Shown piece by piece: positions 59,627 to 64,000 of a stretch of DNA of 64,000 nucleotides. Position numbers and translations under genes: made by a program. The notes under the pieces were generated by a model, which saw nothing but the letters and a program-made list of their open reading frames with translations, made no database searches and had not been told where the DNA came from. The stretch comes from the human T2T-CHM13v2.0 reference genome, Homo sapiens: assembly GCF_009914755.1 (NCBI RefSeq), contig NC_060941.1, one strand, 5' to 3'. Numbering within the stretch: position 1 is the stretch's first letter; each line of letters starts with the position of its first letter.

Positions 59627-60537
59627 AGGACTTGCTTCTCTTCAGCACACGGGGCTTGTTTGTGTTGGGGTCTGAGCCCTGAGCCCATGGTCAAGGAGAC
59701 CCCCAGGTCTTTCTGAACAGAGACAGCTGGCCTGGGGGCCTCCCTCTCACTGCGTGCAAGAGGCTGTTAGGGTGCAAGACTCAAGGCGCTGAGGGAGGCT
59801 GTTTCAGGAGGGAGCCCCAGGAGGGTGGTGGAGACAGAAGGGGGCAGCATCTGCCGAGGCCCTACTGTGTGCCTGGCACCGTGTGGGGTTTCTGGCCCAT
59901 ATGGGCTAAGTGACCCTGCACACTCCTCTTAGGAGAGAGGCTCAGATGGAGAAATTGCAGTTCAGGAAGGTGAAGCAAGCTGCTAGCCTGTGGCCATGTT
60001 GGGATCTGGGCCTCAGCCTTCCAGCCACGAAGGCAGCCAAGTGTCATGAAGAAGGCATCACAGAGGCAATTCCAGGCTGTAGTGGTGAACTTTCCACTCT
60101 GCATCCCCGGGTGCTGTGCCCTGTGCCCTGTCTAAGGTAGCCCTGTGGGTTTCTATATGTTTAAATTGTCCCCAGCATCAATGATGCTCTCCTGTGGATC
60201 CCAAGCCATGGAGATGTCCTGGGACTTTTCATTTTTAGGTACCTAAATTGAATTTCCCAACACACAGAAGCAAGACAGCCGCCCTAACAGACTCTTGCAT
60301 GCAGTGAGAGGGAGGCCGCCAGGCCAGCTGTCTCTGTTCAGAAAGACCTGGGGGTCTCCTTGACCATGCGCTCAGGGCTCAGACCCCAACACAAACAAGC
60401 CCCGTGTGCTGAAGAGAAGCAGGTCCCTTAGCTGAGGTCCAAAGGCTGTGGGTCCTGCATGAGCCTGAAGTGGTGCACGTCCCTGGTCACATTGGAGGTG
60501 GAGAGCTTGGGGATCTGAATGTGCTGTTTGCCTTGGA
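59517..60537. repeat. Inverted repeat: arms 59517-59772 and 60282-60537 (256 bp each), 509-bp spacer
   Basis: Manual alignment of the reverse complement gives 12 mismatches and no indels. The same peptide appears in ORF 60428..60733(-). Confidence 0.95.
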
Positions 60538-63149
60538 TCTTTATTTGTGATTCAGAAACAGTGGAATAAAAGGAAAGGAAAGAAAACCTGAATGGCCACC
60601 TCAGCAGGATGCTCCAAGGGTAGTGTCCAGGTGGCACTGACTCAGATATGTGGGGGCTTCCCCCACCCATGCTCAAGAGCCACTTTGCCATTTCACCATC
60701 TCTCTGTCCTCCACACCCCTCAGCAGCAAGCACAACAAGAATGTGTTCACCATGAAGCTCAAATCTCAGCAGAATCTAGAGTCTGAAATCCAAGTAAGGG
60801 AAAGTGTAGAGCTTCTTGGATGATGCCCTGTCAATTTTATTTTAACGAATGAAAGACCAGAAGAAGTCAGTCTTGAAAGGAGAGGACAGGAGCATCTGCT
60901 GGCATTAGCAGCCGTGCCATCGTAGGACCGACTCACCTGGACCCGCGGCCACCTGTGCTTTTACATCTAGTCTTGGTTAACCATGGGCCACTTTTCCAGC
61001 TTGGAAACTAAGCATATGCTCCACTTCCTCTCCTTCCTCATTGAACTCTTTCACTAAAAGAACAGTGCAAGAGAGACTTAAACTGTTTGCCTCATTCTTA
61101 AGACCTTTCAGGAAAAGTGTTGGCAGGGAAGGAAATCTCCCAGCTCTGGGAAACAGTCTTGTGGATTATCTGCTGGTTTCATTGATCTGTGCTGTCCTCC
61201 CTGCATTCATTAGGAAAACTGGCCTTGGTTCAAATAAGAACAGGATTTGTCCTGGTGACAGAGAAAGGTTTCTTCTGATGTCCATATATCTCCGAGGGGG
61301 ATGCTTTCTCCAGGCAGAGGCTGTGGCCAAGCGATCGGGGGGCTCAGAGGGCTGCTGGGAAGGGGTGGGCCCCTCTCTCCCCAGAGGGAAACTCCTGGGG
61401 ACCTCTCGAGCACCCCTGCCCATCCTTTAAACATAAATTCATAAATACAAACAAGTAGGCCATTCACAGAAATATATAAAATATGTCATAGGACGGGTGG
61501 CACTCTCATATGGCAATAATTATGACAGGGGCCGGCAAATGACCTGAGTGACCCGGAGTGACCTGAGCACTGACTCCCAAATGCCCTCCATAGGATGTTC
61601 TGCATCCCCGAGACCCTTTCCTGGGTCCTCCTGGGCCCTACCACCCCCTAGACCATCCAGACCTCAGGTCATCCCCCTGTCTGTTGACAGAGTAGTCTCC
61701 GTTCCTGAATGTGCTGGTCACCAGCAACAGCAGCTGCTCCTCCTCCGGGAAGCTCAGCCTATACTTCTACATGCAGAGAACCTGGACGGCACCCAGGTGG
61801 ACCTAAGCCTTCAGCTCCCAGTAGACGCTCTGGGTTTCCTACCCTGCCCAGACACTCTGGGCTTCCCCCCACACCTCCCCTCGGCCGGGGCTCCTGTGTG
61901 CATCTGTCTCTCCCAGTGCCCAGCACAGGCGTGGAACGGAAGAGGTGAATGGACCGATTTGAACACATCATCCTGGATTCTCCGTTCCCTCTCAAGCCCT
62001 GCAGCTAACCCATCGGCAAGCCCTGGAGGCTCTGCCTCCAAAATCCTGCCTATCCCATGTGCAAACGCCTCTCACCATGTCCACTGCTATTTGCAGTTCT
62101 GTGTGTGTGGAAATACTTCCACAAATTTGGAATGAACAGGTCACAGCTGTGCCTGGAGGGAATGGCCAGGGAAATGTGCCCTCGCCTTGCTGTTCTATCC
62201 AGGCCCACCCAGCTGAGGATGGGGGACCTGCCACCACTCTCCTGGCAGTTCCGGACTCCTGGGAACCGGCAGGTGAGGACCCAAGAGTGTTTTCAGTGAC
62301 CCGGCTGACCTGGTCATCCGTCAGTCCCACCTTGGCCTAGGCCTCTATACAGCACAGATCACAGCTCATTCCATCCTGGCATTACACTGGCCTGTGCCCT
62401 GTCCTCAGGGTCACATCCGTCTCCCAGAAGCCGTGCAACCCTGGAAAACCCAGGTCTAACAGTCAGGTTCCTCCTCCGTGCATTAACAATGGAGTTGACG
62501 CCTGCTTTGCGGCACGCTGGGAGGGGAGAGGGAGGTGTATGCTGGAGAGCTCCCCAGGGGCAAGGCCTGGCTCTGCGTCACCCACTGTCAGATCCTGAGA
62601 GCCTGGGGCTGGCCCAGCACGTGGCCACCGTTCCCTAAGAGTTGGATTTCATCCCTCAGTGCTGAAGGCAGGGGATAGAGCTTAGACAGACCCCCTGCGT
62701 CCTGTCTTCTTTATCTACAGCTTTCTCATCCTTGCCCCTTTCACGTGCACCCGGCAGAGCAGGTGTTCACTGAGCTTGAGCAAAATTCAAGCTAGAGCAG
62801 CTGATGGATCTTGAGGCCTAGATTCACTGTCAAAGTGTTTCTCAAACGGTGCTCTCCAGAACACCAAGGAAAACTCATTGACTGTGTAAGTCTGAAAATC
62901 CCTGCCCACCGGTCTACCTTTGTGTATGAGCAATCAGCTCTACCATTCAGCCCAGGTGTGTGTTTGCTGGACCATGTGGAGGAAGCTGAAGAGACGTGAG
63001 CTGAAGGCAGAGGGTGAGTCCAAGGTGGGATCTTGGGACAGGTACGAGAAGTTAGGCAAAAATGGGATAATTCTAGCCTTCATAACCTTAGATAATAGTT
63101 CACATTATTATTTAGTTAATAGAACTGTACCCACATTAAATTTCTTAAA

Positions 63150-63448
<299 letters not shown>

Positions 63449-63578
63449 TAAATTTCTTATGTGCCATGGGACTGCAAAACATCATTATTAGGGGCAGCTG
63501 GATGGAAGGTATAGGAGGATACTATAGTGCCTTTTCAATATTTCTGTCTAAAATCTAAAATCATTTCAACAGGAAACA

Positions 63579-63584
63579 TTTATT
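63579..63584 (-). terminator. TBC1D3 polyadenylation signal AATAAA
   Basis: Minus strand GAAATAAATGTTTCCTGTTGAAATGA, about 290 nt after the stop. Confidence 0.8.
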
Positions 63585-63875
63585 TCAAAACATGAAGGTG
63601 GTTATCCTTCCATGAGTTTGAAGTACAAAGGCAGGCTCACGGTGTCGTCAGAATTCAGAACGATGGTCGTGGGGCTGGGGGTGCTGGGAGGGGCTGGGCA
63701 TGGTTGGCTTTGTGATCTGGGGTCTGGTGTGTTCCATCTCTGAATCTCTCTCGAGCTGCACTCTTTCTTAATACATTTTCATAAGTTTAACCAAAAATAA
63801 AACGAGGATGCGAAGCTTGCTTGGGTTGTTAAGCCTAGGGAAATTATCCAGCCATGAGCCCTGGCCCAGATGCTT

Positions 63876-64000
63876 CTAGAAGCCTGGAGGGAACTGAGAA
63901 CTTTCCAAGTGGAGGCCGCAGAGGCAAGGCCCTGAGGTGGGAGCACACTGCTGTTCGTCCCTAGCTCTGAAGGGGGTGCCCTGGTCGGAATCAGTGCTGG
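63876..64000 (-). CDS. TBC1D3: TBC1D3 family member, C-terminal end of the last coding exon (partial; gene continues beyond the window)
   Basis: Translates [40 protein letters not shown], the human TBC1D3 C-terminus. Missed by the ORF track. Paralog letter not determinable. Confidence 0.93.

Noticed and set aside
61548-62135. 195-aa ORF as a gene
   Set aside because: GTG start, low-complexity Pro/Ser-rich translation and no recognisable homology.

Overview
Primate, almost certainly human, genomic DNA from the 17q12 copy-number-variable segmental duplication. A human-specific AluYb8 supports the human assignment. The window holds an intact CCL3L1/CCL3L3-type gene (LD78beta, minus strand, 3 coding exons, 93 aa) head-to-head with an intact CCL4L1-type gene (plus strand, 92 aa, canonical AG acceptor). 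It ends in the last coding exon and 3'UTR of a TBC1D3 paralog (minus strand). Between them lies a mosaic: a truncated HERV-L (MLT2A) provirus, an Alu-dense block, an orphan RPS6KB1 exon, an orphan YWHAE exon, and an exon-like ORF of unrecognised origin ending in PLDLS. I found no new protein-coding system. The most unusual signals are structural: (i) a 256-bp ~95% inverted repeat downstream of TBC1D3; (ii) a perfect 60-bp palindrome in the HERV-L LTR; (iii) the reverse-transcriptase YIDD coding string copied twice into gag while the native site has lost 3 nt; (iv) a 151-bp local templated copy fused to a half Alu; (v) splice-competent orphan exons oriented for read-through capture. Gene and repeat names come from recalled sequences, not database searches. 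Repeat subfamilies and boundaries are approximate.
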